DNA of 64,000 nt from Minisyncoccota bacterium (GCA_035509435.1 DATJLR010000003.1:11853-75852), one strand, 5' to 3'; shown: positions 1-9,014, counted from the stretch's first letter. The notes: generated by a model from the sequence alone, not told the origin. Numbers and translations are program-made.

Positions 1-95
1 CCGCGACGGTAAAGTTCAAGAACGGCATCCTCACGGTCACGCTGCCCAAAGCGAACAAGAAGAAGACCCGCAAGCTCAAGGTTCGCCTGGAATAA
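1..95 (+). CDS. Hsp20/alpha-crystallin small heat-shock protein, 3' end only
   Basis: Frame from nt 3 reads ATVKFKNGILTVTLPKANKKKTRKLKVRLE*, containing the NG(I/V)LxxxLPK sHSP motif. Confidence 0.85.
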   Translation, partial: ATVKFKNGILTVTLPKANKKKTRKLKVRLE

Positions 96-114
96 ACGCC
101 AAGCGCCGGTTCGC

Positions 115-143
115 TTGCATAAATCGCCCCTTTCGCCTATAAT
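115..143 (+). promoter_or_regulatory. sigma70-type promoter of rpmB
   Basis: TTGCAT-N17-TATAAT. Confidence 0.75.
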
Positions 144-171
144 AGGGTGAACAAAGCCAATCACTACTCCC

Positions 172-402
172 ATGAGGAAATGCGCACGATGCGGAAAAAC
201 TTCACAGATGCAGGGCGCGCGCAAACTTTTGCGCGGCCACTATAACCCCGTCAACTGGTCCCGCAAGTACCCCAACTTGCAGTACGCCACGGTGGACGGC
301 AAGCGCATGCTTGTGTGCACCACCTGCCTGCGCACGATCCACAAAGCCCCGCGCAAGGCGCTGAAGGCAAAAGCGCCCGTAGCGATGGCCGAGGCAAAAT
401 AA
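172..402 (+). CDS. rpmB: 50S ribosomal protein L28
   Basis: CxxCGK...RKYPNLQ...VCTTCLR pattern; small basic protein. Confidence 0.93.
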   Translation: MRKCARCGKTSQMQGARKLLRGHYNPVNWSRKYPNLQYATVDGKRMLVCTTCLRTIHKAPRKALKAKAPVAMAEAK

Positions 403-414
403 TATAATCCTCCC

Positions 415-777
415 ATGGCATCACCGGAAACATTTCGCCCCCAAGAGAACCTTCCTCCGGAATTGCCAAAATCTGGTCATTTAAAAAGCCAGCTGGGAAA
501 GTATGTCTCGTCATCCGAGACGAAGGTTCCTCAGGATAAAATGGCTTGGGCACGCATCCTTATTCAAAAACTTCCCGACAACTATAAAGGGATGGTCACT
601 GAGTTCATCGTCGGACTCCCCTTTGAAGATCGTCAAAAGGCAGCCGAACACCTTTCGGGATTGATCGAAGGAATGGGAGATCAAATCTGGCGATCCAAGT
701 ATCCCAAAGTAGAGATCCAGCGATGCCTTGAGGAAACTGACCGCTGGTTGCGGGTGGACGACAAGGAGGCAGCGTAA
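415..777 (+). CDS. hypothetical protein
   Basis: 120-aa ORF; TATAAT 6 nt upstream of ATG. Confidence 0.6.
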   Translation: MASPETFRPQENLPPELPKSGHLKSQLGKYVSSSETKVPQDKMAWARILIQKLPDNYKGMVTEFIVGLPFEDRQKAAEHLSGLIEGMGDQIWRSKYPKVEIQRCLEETDRWLRVDDKEAA

Positions 778-782
778 AAAAA

Positions 783-1556
783 TCAGCGAAAATTTTTCCG
801 ATCAAGCGTACTTGTCGGATAGATATCTTTTGGATAAATTTCGATAAGCCGAAGGTTTCTTTCCGCGCAAAATCTTCGCTTTTTCTCAAGCCTGCCGTCG
901 TATTTATTTTGTACGCCCGCCAACCCAAAAAATTCTACGACGATATTTGGCTGGATAAAGAAATCTGCGGTCATCTTAGTATCGCCATAGCGCCAGTGCC
1001 GCTCGTGCATAATATGCTTTTTCAGAAGCCAATCATCGATAACCTTCTCTGTAAATGAATCACATGGATGGCCATCGTCCGCAATGAACTTCCTTGCAAA
1101 TTGAACAGGATTTGCGTCGAATCCCGCGGCAATGATCGCCTGATTCCAGCCGCCAAACTCCCTTTTGAAAACCTTAAAGGAATTAAATTCGCGCTTGAGA
1201 GGTATGCGCCCATTCTTGCGATGAAATTCCTTAATTTTTTCAAGGAGGTCTTGGCGTGTATATCTTATAGGAGACCAAAACTCCTTTAGTTTGCGCCTCG
1301 CTCGCTCTTTTTCTTCGTCAGTCCACTCGTGCTGATGCCGCCTTTTTTGAATTTCGATATGTTGCTGTAATGACAACACTATTCCTTGGACCCAAATATT
1401 TACCGTACTCACGCTAACGTTTAATTCTCTGGCTATTTCGCGGTGAGTGCTTCCTCCCGATCGTAATTCTCGTGCTTTTTCCCGGATTGAAGAAGGGTAC
1501 CGCATTCCATTTCTTTTTTTTGCTATTTTCATGGATCCATTATAGAATTCATACAT
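783..1556 (-). CDS. HTH + homing-endonuclease-associated repeat + PD-(D/E)XK/Vsr-like nuclease
   Basis: N-terminal HTH (STHREIARELNVSVSTV), FGGWNQAIIAAG repeat-like unit, C-terminal DSFTEKVIDDWL...ADFFI...VEFFG; start may be a downstream Met. Confidence 0.7.
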   Translation of the reverse strand: MYEFYNGSMKIAKKRNGMRYPSSIREKARELRSGGSTHREIARELNVSVSTVNIWVQGIVLSLQQHIEIQKRRHQHEWTDEEKERARRKLKEFWSPIRYTRQDLLEKIKEFHRKNGRIPLKREFNSFKVFKREFGGWNQAIIAAGFDANPVQFARKFIADDGHPCDSFTEKVIDDWLLKKHIMHERHWRYGDTKMTADFFIQPNIVVEFFGLAGVQNKYDGRLEKKRRFCAERNLRLIEIYPKDIYPTSTLDRKNFR

Positions 1557-1571
1557 TAAAAATATATTAAG

Positions 1572-1642
1572 CGGGCTGTGGCGTAGTGGTAGCGCACGTC
1601 CATGGGGTGGATGAGGCCCGGATCCGATTTCCGGCAGCCCGA
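1572..1642 (+). tRNA. tRNA-Pro(GGG)
   Basis: Acceptor stem CGGGCTG/CAGCCCG with A73; D-arm GCG-TAGTGGTAG-CGC; anticodon stem CGTCC/GGATG with GGG; T-stem CCGGA/TCCGG; CCA not encoded. Confidence 0.92.
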
Positions 1643-1646
1643 CAAG

Positions 1647-1709
1647 AAAACAAAAGCAGCCCTTCGCCTCCAGGCAAATGACCGTTCGGCGAAGGGCTGC
1701 TTTTGTTTT
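1647..1709. terminator. 22-bp perfect inverted repeat after the tRNA (terminator-like)
   Basis: AAAACAAAAGCAGCCCTTCGCC-N19-GGCGAAGGGCTGCTTTTGTTTT. Confidence 0.75.
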
Positions 1710-1720
1710 AATGCGGTATA

Positions 1721-2617
1721 ATGGAGGATATGGAACAGGAATTCATTCTGAACGCGCAGAACGAGCTCACGGAGAACATCATCTATCACCGGCTCGCGCT
1801 CATGGAGCGGAACCCGGCCAACCGTGCGGCGCTTGAACGGCTTTCGGCACAGGAAAAAACGCATTACGAGTTCTGGAAATCGCTCCTGCCGGAAGCCGAG
1901 GGGGCGCGCATCCGCGCCCGGTGGCGCACCGTCTCGTGGATATGGATCATGCGCACCCTGTTCGGCGTGACGTTCATCACCAAGCTTCTTGAGACGCACG
2001 AGAACGATGCGGTGCAAAAATATGAGAGCATCATGGGATCGATCCCTGCGGACCGCAAGCAGCGGTTTGCCGAGATCATCGAGGATGAACGCTCGCACGA
2101 GCGGGCGCTGATCGCCCAGCTCAAAGAGAAGCGCGTGAGCTATATGGGATTCATCGTGCTCGGCCTCGCGGACGCGATCGTGGAGATCACGGGGGTCCAT
2201 GCCGGATTCCTGGGCGTCACCGGCTCCACGCTCATCGCGGGCGTCGCGGGCGTGATCGTCGGATTCGCCGCCGCGATCTCGATGGGCTCGGCAGGATACC
2301 TGCAGGCCAAGCAGGACCCGGAAAAATCCGCACTCCTCTCCGGCTTCATCACGTGGGCTTCGTACTTCTGTTCCGTCATCCTCCTTGCGCTCCCCTACTT
2401 CTTGATCCGCGTGATGGTCCCCGCCTTCATCATTTCCACGTCGGTGGGCATCGTGCTCGTGGCGGGGTTCACGTTCTACGGCGCCATCGTCTTCGACCGC
2501 AAATTCTGGCGCGAGTTCGGCGAAACGGTCGGCCTGATGCTCGCGACCGCGCTTGCCACATTCCTTCTCGGCACCGTCGTCGGCAATATCTTTCACGTCC
2601 ACCCGTCGAGCTTTTAA
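1721..2617 (+). CDS. VIT1/CCC1 family Fe/Mn transporter with N-terminal ferritin/rubrerythrin-like domain
   Basis: ExxH motifs (EKTH, ERSH), then IVLGLADAIVE...AAAISMG VIT1 helices; true start may be ATG 1730 (leaderless). Confidence 0.88.
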   Translation: MEDMEQEFILNAQNELTENIIYHRLALMERNPANRAALERLSAQEKTHYEFWKSLLPEAEGARIRARWRTVSWIWIMRTLFGVTFITKLLETHENDAVQKYESIMGSIPADRKQRFAEIIEDERSHERALIAQLKEKRVSYMGFIVLGLADAIVEITGVHAGFLGVTGSTLIAGVAGVIVGFAAAISMGSAGYLQAKQDPEKSALLSGFITWASYFCSVILLALPYFLIRVMVPAFIISTSVGIVLVAGFTFYGAIVFDRKFWREFGETVGLMLATALATFLLGTVVGNIFHVHPSSF

Positions 2618-2637
2618 AATAATTTAACACGCCCACT

Positions 2638-2979
2638 ATGATCATCGATAATCTCTCCAAAGGCCATTGCGTCCCCTGCGAAGGCGGCATGCCGCCGCTC
2701 GACCACGAGTATGTGCAAAAATATTCCGCACAAGTGCCTGAGTGGAACGTGTCCGGCGACGAAAAGAAGCTCTCGCGCGAATTCACGTTCAAGGATTTCG
2801 TGCAAGCGATGAAATTCGTGAATGCCGTGGCGGACGTCGCGCAAGCCGAAGGCCACCATCCCGACATTTATATCTTTTACAACAAGGTCCGTTTCGACCT
2901 GACCACCCACGCAATGGGCGGCCTCTCCGAAAACGACTTCATCCTTGCGGCGAAGATCGATCAGATAAAACCTTTGTAA
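2638..2979 (+). CDS. pterin-4-alpha-carbinolamine dehydratase
   Basis: CVPCEGG, EGHHPD and THAMGGLSENDFILAAKID motifs. Confidence 0.93.
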   Translation: MIIDNLSKGHCVPCEGGMPPLDHEYVQKYSAQVPEWNVSGDEKKLSREFTFKDFVQAMKFVNAVADVAQAEGHHPDIYIFYNKVRFDLTTHAMGGLSENDFILAAKIDQIKPL

Positions 2980-3002
2980 AATAGGACCTACTAGAACATA
3001 AC

Positions 3003-3031
3003 TTGACAAATATATATAGTCATCATATAAT
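3003..3031 (+). promoter_or_regulatory. perfect consensus sigma70 promoter of the orphan gene at 3107
   Basis: TTGACA-N17-TATAAT; AAGGAGGG SD 7 nt before ATG 3107. Confidence 0.85.
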
Positions 3032-3106
3032 ATACCCAGCCATTTATCACGTAAGGGCTTTATCAATCTGCAGTTCAGTTTAGTTCAGCCCAAGGAGGGC
3101 AAAACC

Positions 3107-3853
3107 ATGATGCAGGCTCGCGTGCAGTCGCTTTTTGTCGTGCGGGGAAATGAAAATATCCCCTCCCCAAAGAATTCCACCCTCAAGCACAGCTCCATGA
3201 CGCCGGGGCGTACGCGGTACCTGAGGCCCTGCCGGACCACGATGGACCTTGCCAGAACTTTCGGCGGAACCTTCGTTACCGGGGGCGAGCGCGGGCGCAA
3301 AGCCTGCCTCATTCCGGAGAACGAGGACACCGTATTCGATCAGGAATTCCTCACCGCCAATGACCCCTTCAGCCGGCCTGCCGTTTCTCTTGACGAACTG
3401 GCAGGACTGCAGGCTTCGATGGAACTTGGCTACGACGATGAGGACGAAGACACCCTCGCGCGGCGCCTCTCGGATCCCGATGTCCAGCTGAACCAGGCCC
3501 AGATCGACCGGGTGGTGGACGTCGTCCGGGAAGATCCGGCGGTCCTGATCGCTCTGTACCACATGGGAATCCACGCCGACGGCGTGGACGACCGGAAGGC
3601 CAAACAGCTGGCCCGCCTCAAGACCTTCGGTCTTTTCATGCGGGTCTGCGCGACCATGATGGCGGCCGACGGGAAAGAGAGCGTGAACCGGATGCTCTCA
3701 ATGCACCGGGACCCGATCAGCGGCAAAACACTGCTCTCGTGCCTCGCGGCCCTCGCTCGCAAAGAGAAGAAGGAAGACCATCGCCATTTCACGGCGGCGA
3801 ACATCATGACGGCCCTGGGGCACACCAACCCCTTTGCGTCGTACCTCCGGTAA
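3107..3853 (+). CDS. hypothetical orphan protein in a stand-alone cassette
   Basis: 248-aa ORF with consensus promoter, strong SD and a terminator at about 3876-3918. Confidence 0.7.
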   Translation: MMQARVQSLFVVRGNENIPSPKNSTLKHSSMTPGRTRYLRPCRTTMDLARTFGGTFVTGGERGRKACLIPENEDTVFDQEFLTANDPFSRPAVSLDELAGLQASMELGYDDEDEDTLARRLSDPDVQLNQAQIDRVVDVVREDPAVLIALYHMGIHADGVDDRKAKQLARLKTFGLFMRVCATMMAADGKESVNRMLSMHRDPISGKTLLSCLAALARKEKKEDHRHFTAANIMTALGHTNPFASYLR

Positions 3854-3930
3854 AGCCAGCCAGATACACAACTTAAAACGGCCTCGCGCAAACCAGCGCC
3901 CGGCCGTTTTTTCTTTTTACAAAACCCGAG

Positions 3931-4025
3931 TGTTTAAAAATGTCGGCGAGGCGAAGAGTGCCGACGAAAGCGTACCTCGCGTACGCTGAGGAGGCACGAT
4001 GAAGCCGCAGCCACATTTTAAAGCA
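3931..4025. repeat. ~95-bp hairpin-forming MITE/REP-like element
   Basis: Imperfect terminal IRs TGTTTAAAAATGT...ACATTTTAAAGCA; inner GTGCC/GGCAC and AGCGTAC-CTCGC-GTACGCT stems. Confidence 0.55.
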
Positions 4026-4053
4026 GGAGCTATCCAGCAATACGCTCGTGCCA

Positions 4054-4114
4054 AACAAAAACACCCTGCGCTGGCTTCCCGTTTGAGAAAAAGCCAATGC
4101 AGGGTGTTTTTGTT
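4054..4114 (-). terminator. long-stem terminator downstream of the 6S-like RNA
   Basis: AACAAAAACACCCTGC...GCAGGGTGTTTTTGTT inverted repeat. Confidence 0.75.
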
Positions 4115-4232
4115 GAATCCCGTCAGATTTCTGGCGTAACAGCCAGGTGGGTGAGCTCAACTGCGGCCCACGGGCGGCAGAGATAATCGCTCTCCCTCTT
4201 AATATTGTTTGATCCGAAATCTGTGCGGGATC
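4115..4232 (-). ncRNA. ssrS: compact 6S-like RNA
   Basis: Extended -10 TGGTATAAT upstream; 5' GATCCCGCACAGATTTC pairs with 3' GAAATCTGACGGGATTC; A-rich bubble; GGGAGAGC/GCTCACCC arm followed by CCCACCTG and a hairpin, as in Firmicutes-type 6S. Confidence 0.7.
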
Positions 4233-4331
4233 TATTTCCATTATACCACCCCTCCGCTGAAAGATATCAAGTGCATAATCCGCGTCAGAAAACTGGAAAA
4301 GAAGGCCAAATTGGACTAGAATCCAAGGGCT

Positions 4332-5693
4332 ATGAAACTCCAAACGCGGAGGCGCATATTCTATGTGTTCATCCTTTTGTTCGTGGTGATCGGCGCGGCC
4401 GTCGTGCTCTACGCGGAGGGCTGGCGCCTTGACCTTTCTACGCTGCAGGCCGAAAAGGCCGGCGGGGTTTACGTGCGCTCGTATCCCTCAAGCGCGACGA
4501 TCACGCTGGGCGGCAAGCCGATCCAGAACCAGTCGGCGTTCCTGAGCAGCGGGACGTTCATCTCCGGACTCCTCCCGAAGACCTATACGCTCAAACTCTC
4601 GGCGCCAGGCTATGACGCATGGATCGAGGCCGTGCCCGTCACGCCCACACTTGTCACGGAAATGAAGTATGCCGTGCTTGTTCCCGCATCATCCACCGCG
4701 ATCACAACGAGCAGTCCGGTAAGCGATTACTTCCAGGCGGACGGCGGCGTAGTGACGGAAAGCGGCGGTGCGATCACGTGGCTCGGCAAAACGATCGGGC
4801 ATGGCACGATCATAAGCCACAGCACCGACCTCAAGACCGCCGTCATCCGATCCGTGAACGCCAAGACCGGCGCAGCATCATACTCGCTCTATAACTTTAC
4901 GAACAACACCAGCACTCCCCTTTCCGCGGCGCTCGCCGGCGCGGGCATCCGGCTGACGGCGACGACCAACCTATTCATCGATCCATATGACGACACGGCA
5001 GTCTTCGCGCAGACCGCGGCGAGGATCGTGCGGATCGATGCCGGAACCCTCCGCGCAACGACGGTCACGACGGCGCCGGCCGGCGAGACGATCGAAACCC
5101 CCATCGCCGTCTCGCCGTCCGTTATGGCGTGGGCGCTTTTCTCGGCGCCTTCTCCCTCCACGGGTACAACGGGGTCTTCGCGCATCGTGGTCTATGATAA
5201 ATTCTCCGGCAACACCGTGGACAGCTCGCTCACGGTGCCCGGCGCCGTCAAGCAGCTCGCCTGGGTCCGGAACAACGCGCTCGGCGTGCTCGAGAACACC
5301 AACGCGCTGTACCTTTATAACGTGTCGGCCGAACATCTCTCGGTGCTCGCGGATGACGTAAAGCAGTTCTACCCCGCGGCGGACGGCAATGCGGTGGCGG
5401 CGCTCGAATACGATAGCTTGGAAATATTCTCGTTCGTGAGCGGGCAGCCCAGCTATTATCGCTTTACCCTTCCGGAGACCGCGAATGTGCAGGGTCTCGC
5501 GTGGTACAAAGATGACGCGCACCTTTTTGTGGAATATCAGAACCACGTTTCGTTCCTTGACCTTGCCGACACGGCGCTCAAGAACCTTACGACCATTTCG
5601 GACGGCACCGACGCGTCGTATGACGCGCAGGAAAACTCTCTTTATATCATCGATCCGGCGCAGGAACTGATCCGATTCGACTTCCCTCAATAG
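4332..5693 (+). CDS. membrane-anchored PEGA-domain protein with beta-propeller-like C-terminus
   Basis: N-terminal TM, then GGVYVRSYP...LLPKTYTLKLSAPGYDAW PEGA-like motif. Confidence 0.75.
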   Translation: MKLQTRRRIFYVFILLFVVIGAAVVLYAEGWRLDLSTLQAEKAGGVYVRSYPSSATITLGGKPIQNQSAFLSSGTFISGLLPKTYTLKLSAPGYDAWIEAVPVTPTLVTEMKYAVLVPASSTAITTSSPVSDYFQADGGVVTESGGAITWLGKTIGHGTIISHSTDLKTAVIRSVNAKTGAASYSLYNFTNNTSTPLSAALAGAGIRLTATTNLFIDPYDDTAVFAQTAARIVRIDAGTLRATTVTTAPAGETIETPIAVSPSVMAWALFSAPSPSTGTTGSSRIVVYDKFSGNTVDSSLTVPGAVKQLAWVRNNALGVLENTNALYLYNVSAEHLSVLADDVKQFYPAADGNAVAALEYDSLEIFSFVSGQPSYYRFTLPETANVQGLAWYKDDAHLFVEYQNHVSFLDLADTALKNLTTISDGTDASYDAQENSLYIIDPAQELIRFDFPQ

Positions 5694-6250
5694 TTGCCAC
5701 GACGGCCCTCCTCCCGCACTGCTTCCGGATAATTATCGCCCATCACATGACGGCGCGCGCGCATAAGGAGTTCCTTCTGCACGAGCCGCGCCTTCGTCTT
5801 CCCTACCGCCGGCAGAATGATCTTATTATGCGCCGCATCGCGCTCCGACCCGTTCATAAAGATGACCACCTGGCTCACGCCGGCGATTCGATCAAGCGGT
5901 CCGCGCTGGATGCTCACGTTCTGGATCTGGTGATAAAGCGCCGCGAGCTCGGTGCGCATGACATATCCGTAGGTCATCACAAAGGCCTCGTCGGTAAAGG
6001 TATACGTATAAAAACGATACTCCATCCAGGTCCACAAAAGCACCACCAAAAGATAGAGCACGCTAAAGAGCGCGAGGAGATCCACTGCATACTGAACGAA
6101 CGGTAGGTAATCGGGTGGCACCCACCGCTCGCTGTACCAGGCGGCGATGGTCAGGACAAAGAAAAAAATCGCGAGCTTTATCCGCTTCGACAGAAACAGG
6201 AGGAATGCGCGCTTGCCAAGCGAATGTTTTTGGTGGTTCTCAATCCCCAT
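5687..6250 (-). CDS. bacterial PH-domain (bPH_2-like) membrane protein
   Basis: Two TM helices, then YHQIQNVSIQRGPLDRIAGV. Confidence 0.8.
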   Translation of the reverse strand: MGIENHQKHSLGKRAFLLFLSKRIKLAIFFFVLTIAAWYSERWVPPDYLPFVQYAVDLLALFSVLYLLVVLLWTWMEYRFYTYTFTDEAFVMTYGYVMRTELAALYHQIQNVSIQRGPLDRIAGVSQVVIFMNGSERDAAHNKIILPAVGKTKARLVQKELLMRARRHVMGDNYPEAVREEGRRGNY

Positions 6251-6300
6251 AACAATATCCCATAGATATATTATAATACATCTATAGCTACCCCGCTCTT

Positions 6301-6753
6301 ATGAAACTTTCCCACTCCCTGCGCGTCATCATATTTCTGCTCCGCCTCGCGCTCGGGATCGACCTTTTTTACCTCGGATTTGGCACTCTTTTCAGCCCTA
6401 CGCTCGGAATGGCCATCCGTGCGCAATCATTCGGCAACATCTATTCCTGGCTTGCGGCGCCCGCGGCGCAGGGCGGCTGGATACAGCCGGTGGCGCAGTG
6501 GGCATTCCTGATCATCGGCATCTGCCTGATCGTCGGCCTTCTCACGCGCATCGCATCCGTTGCGGGCATCGTGCTTGTGCTTCTAAGCTACCTTCCCACC
6601 GTCAGCTTTTCCGCGTTCAGCGCCGCGCAATTCATCAATGATGAGGTGATCGTCGTCATCTGCCTGCTCATCCTCATCTTCGCGAACGCCGGCAAGTATC
6701 TTGGCCTCGACTCGTTCATCCACATCGGCTCTTCAAAACACTCCGGAAAATAA
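6301..6753 (+). CDS. DoxX family membrane protein
   Basis: LLRLALG...IGICLIVGLLTRIAS...AGKYLGLD. Confidence 0.85.
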   Translation: MKLSHSLRVIIFLLRLALGIDLFYLGFGTLFSPTLGMAIRAQSFGNIYSWLAAPAAQGGWIQPVAQWAFLIIGICLIVGLLTRIASVAGIVLVLLSYLPTVSFSAFSAAQFINDEVIVVICLLILIFANAGKYLGLDSFIHIGSSKHSGK

Positions 6754-6824
6754 AAGTGTCGCCCTGTTGAGCGAGTGGGCATTCCGACGCCGGAGCGAAA
6801 CAGGGCGACACTTTTATTTTCCGG
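6743..6824. repeat. 26-bp perfect inverted repeat covering the stop codons of two convergent genes
   Basis: CCGGAAAATAAAAGTGTCGCCCTGTT-N30-AACAGGGCGACACTTTTATTTTCCGG. Confidence 0.9.
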
Positions 6825-8019
6825 CCTCCACTTCGATCGCCAACAGCCGGTTATATTTTGCGATGCGCTCGCCCCGCGCGGGAGCGCCGAGCTTGAAGCC
6901 GTCTGCGGCAACGCCATAAGCGAAGTCCGCTATGAAGTCGTCGTTCGTCTCCCCGCTGCGGTGCGATACGACGACCGCCCAGCGGTATGCGCGCGCCAGG
7001 CGCACCGCGTTCAGCGCTTCGGTGACCGTCCCTATCTGGTTCGGCTTTATGATGACGGCGTTCACGCTACCCTTCGCTCGCGCCATTTCCATCCGGTCGG
7101 TGTTCGTCGTCGTCAGATCGTCGCCCGCGATCCAGAGCTTGCCATCGCCGCGTGCGCCATTGTTCGCCGCGGTGATCGCTGCAAAATTCTTGAAATCGTT
7201 CTCCGGGAACGGATCTTCAATATAGAGCGGCGAAAATTCTTTGATCAATTTTTTGTACGCATTGCCGAGCTGCTGGCGCGACAGCCCTTTGATGTCAGTC
7301 GCCGCGGCATCCATGCCAAGGTCGATCTTTTTATCAAGTTTTATTTTTCGCGCGGCGGCGCGGATCAGCTGGAACGGCTCGAGGTCGCTCTTGAAGTTCG
7401 GCGCAAAGCCGCCTTCGTCGCCCAGATTTGCCGCATCGCTCCCCTTCGCGCGCACAAGCGCCGCGCCGAGCGCGTGGTAGACGCGCGTGCCGATACCGAT
7501 TGAGTCGCTGATCGTCCGCGCCCGCGGAATTATTAAATATTCCTGAAAATGCAGGTTGTTGCCGGCATGCAGGCCGCCGTTCACGACGTTCATAAAGAGG
7601 CGCGGGCGCAGCGTCTTTGCTATCGGATCCACCCAGATGCCGTACACGTCGCGGATGTGGCGCCACAGCCACACTTTGCGTGAAAGCGCGTTCGCGCGCA
7701 GGAACGCGATCGATACCGCAAGCATCGCGTTCGCGCCAAGATGCGACTTCGTCTTCGTGCCGTCCAGGCGCACCAGGAACTCGTCCACCGCGGCCTGGTC
7801 CAAAAAATCTTTGTGGATGATGCGCGTCGCGATCGTGGTGTTCACGTTCCGCACTGCCGCGGCGATGGGCAATGCGCGCGCTTCCGTCGCGCCCGTGCTC
7901 TTTCCCTGCGGCACCGACGCCACGGCGCGCGCGCCGTTCTGCAGCGTGAGCGCCGCCTGCACGGTCCACTGCCCGCGGGAATCGAGGATGGGATATGCTT
8001 TGACGGAGCTTATTTTCAT
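6814..8019 (-). CDS. eno: enolase
   Basis: ILDSRG, GDEGGF, EDPF, GDDL, IKPNQIG and SHRSGET motifs. Confidence 0.96.
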   Translation of the reverse strand: MKISSVKAYPILDSRGQWTVQAALTLQNGARAVASVPQGKSTGATEARALPIAAAVRNVNTTIATRIIHKDFLDQAAVDEFLVRLDGTKTKSHLGANAMLAVSIAFLRANALSRKVWLWRHIRDVYGIWVDPIAKTLRPRLFMNVVNGGLHAGNNLHFQEYLIIPRARTISDSIGIGTRVYHALGAALVRAKGSDAANLGDEGGFAPNFKSDLEPFQLIRAAARKIKLDKKIDLGMDAAATDIKGLSRQQLGNAYKKLIKEFSPLYIEDPFPENDFKNFAAITAANNGARGDGKLWIAGDDLTTTNTDRMEMARAKGSVNAVIIKPNQIGTVTEALNAVRLARAYRWAVVVSHRSGETNDDFIADFAYGVAADGFKLGAPARGERIAKYNRLLAIEVEAGK

Positions 8020-9014
8020 GCCGGTTTCACCAGATTGATCGGCGCGCCGTTCACGAACGCCACAATATTATCGATCGTCGTATCAAGGATGCGCAGGAAC
8101 GCCTCGCGCGTGTTGAACGCGTTGTGCGGCGTCACGATGACGTTCGGCAGCTGGATAAGGTCCGCGTCGAGCGACATATCCCCCGCCTTCATCGCTGCCT
8201 CTTCTTCCAGCACGTCGAGCCCGGCGCCCGCGAGCGTGCCATCCTTCAACGCCTCCACCACCGCCTTCGTCTCCACGATCGCGCCGCGCGCGGTGTTCAC
8301 GAGGATCGCGCCGCGCTTGATGAGCCGCGCATTGTCCATGTTGATGAGGTGATGCGTTGACGGAAGATACGGCGCGTGGATCGTAATGACGTCGCTCTTC
8401 TTGAGCAGATCCTCGAGCGAGAGGTATGGGAAGCCCATCTCCTTCGCGAACGCATCATCGTGATACACATCGTACGCGACGATGTTCATCCCGAACCCTT
8501 TCGCCATGCGGATCGCGTGCTTGCCGATGCGGCCGGTGCCGACGACGCCGATCGTTTTCCCCGCAAGGTCAAATCCGGTCAGGCCGTCCGTCGTGAACTT
8601 TCCTTCCACGCGCACGCGCGCGTTGGCCTTGATGATCTTGCGCGAGAGCGCGAGGATCAGCGCGAACGCGAATTCGGCGACGGTGTTCTCGCCGTACGCG
8701 GGTACGGACGACACCGGGATCCCGCGCGCGGCGGCCGCGGCGAGGTCGATATGATCAAAGCCCGTGGAAAGCGTCGCGATGAACTTGAGCTCGGGCAGCG
8801 CCGCGATCGTCGCCGCGTCCACCGGCGAGTCCATGAACACGCCCGCGATGTCAAAGCCGCCCGCATCGCCCTGGGGGATCCTGTCCTTGCTCAACGCCGC
8901 ATCCACAAAATCCACCGCCACATCCGCCGCCTTCAGTTTCGCGCTTCCCTCCAGGTACGACTTCGCCTCGTCGCCCCACCGCCCGCAGTTAAAGAAGGTC
9001 GCTTTGTGTGCCAT
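8016..9014 (-). CDS. D-2-hydroxyacid dehydrogenase (D-lactate dehydrogenase-like)
   Basis: STGFDHID, GTGRIG, NTARG and TPHNAF motifs. Confidence 0.92.
   Translation of the reverse strand: MAHKATFFNCGRWGDEAKSYLEGSAKLKAADVAVDFVDAALSKDRIPQGDAGGFDIAGVFMDSPVDAATIAALPELKFIATLSTGFDHIDLAAAAARGIPVSSVPAYGENTVAEFAFALILALSRKIIKANARVRVEGKFTTDGLTGFDLAGKTIGVVGTGRIGKHAIRMAKGFGMNIVAYDVYHDDAFAKEMGFPYLSLEDLLKKSDVITIHAPYLPSTHHLINMDNARLIKRGAILVNTARGAIVETKAVVEALKDGTLAGAGLDVLEEEAAMKAGDMSLDADLIQLPNVIVTPHNAFNTREAFLRILDTTIDNIVAFVNGAPINLVKPA

Noticed and set aside
4115-4232. SRP RNA, glycine riboswitch or self-cleaving ribozyme
   Set aside because: Lacks the SRP CAGG-GNRA-AGCA motif, the glycine aptamer core and the hammerhead CUGANGA; a 6S-like fold fits better.
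3873-4343. 156-aa minus-strand ORF
   Set aside because: It runs through a promoter, the 6S-like RNA, a terminator and the hairpin element, and shows no protein-like features.
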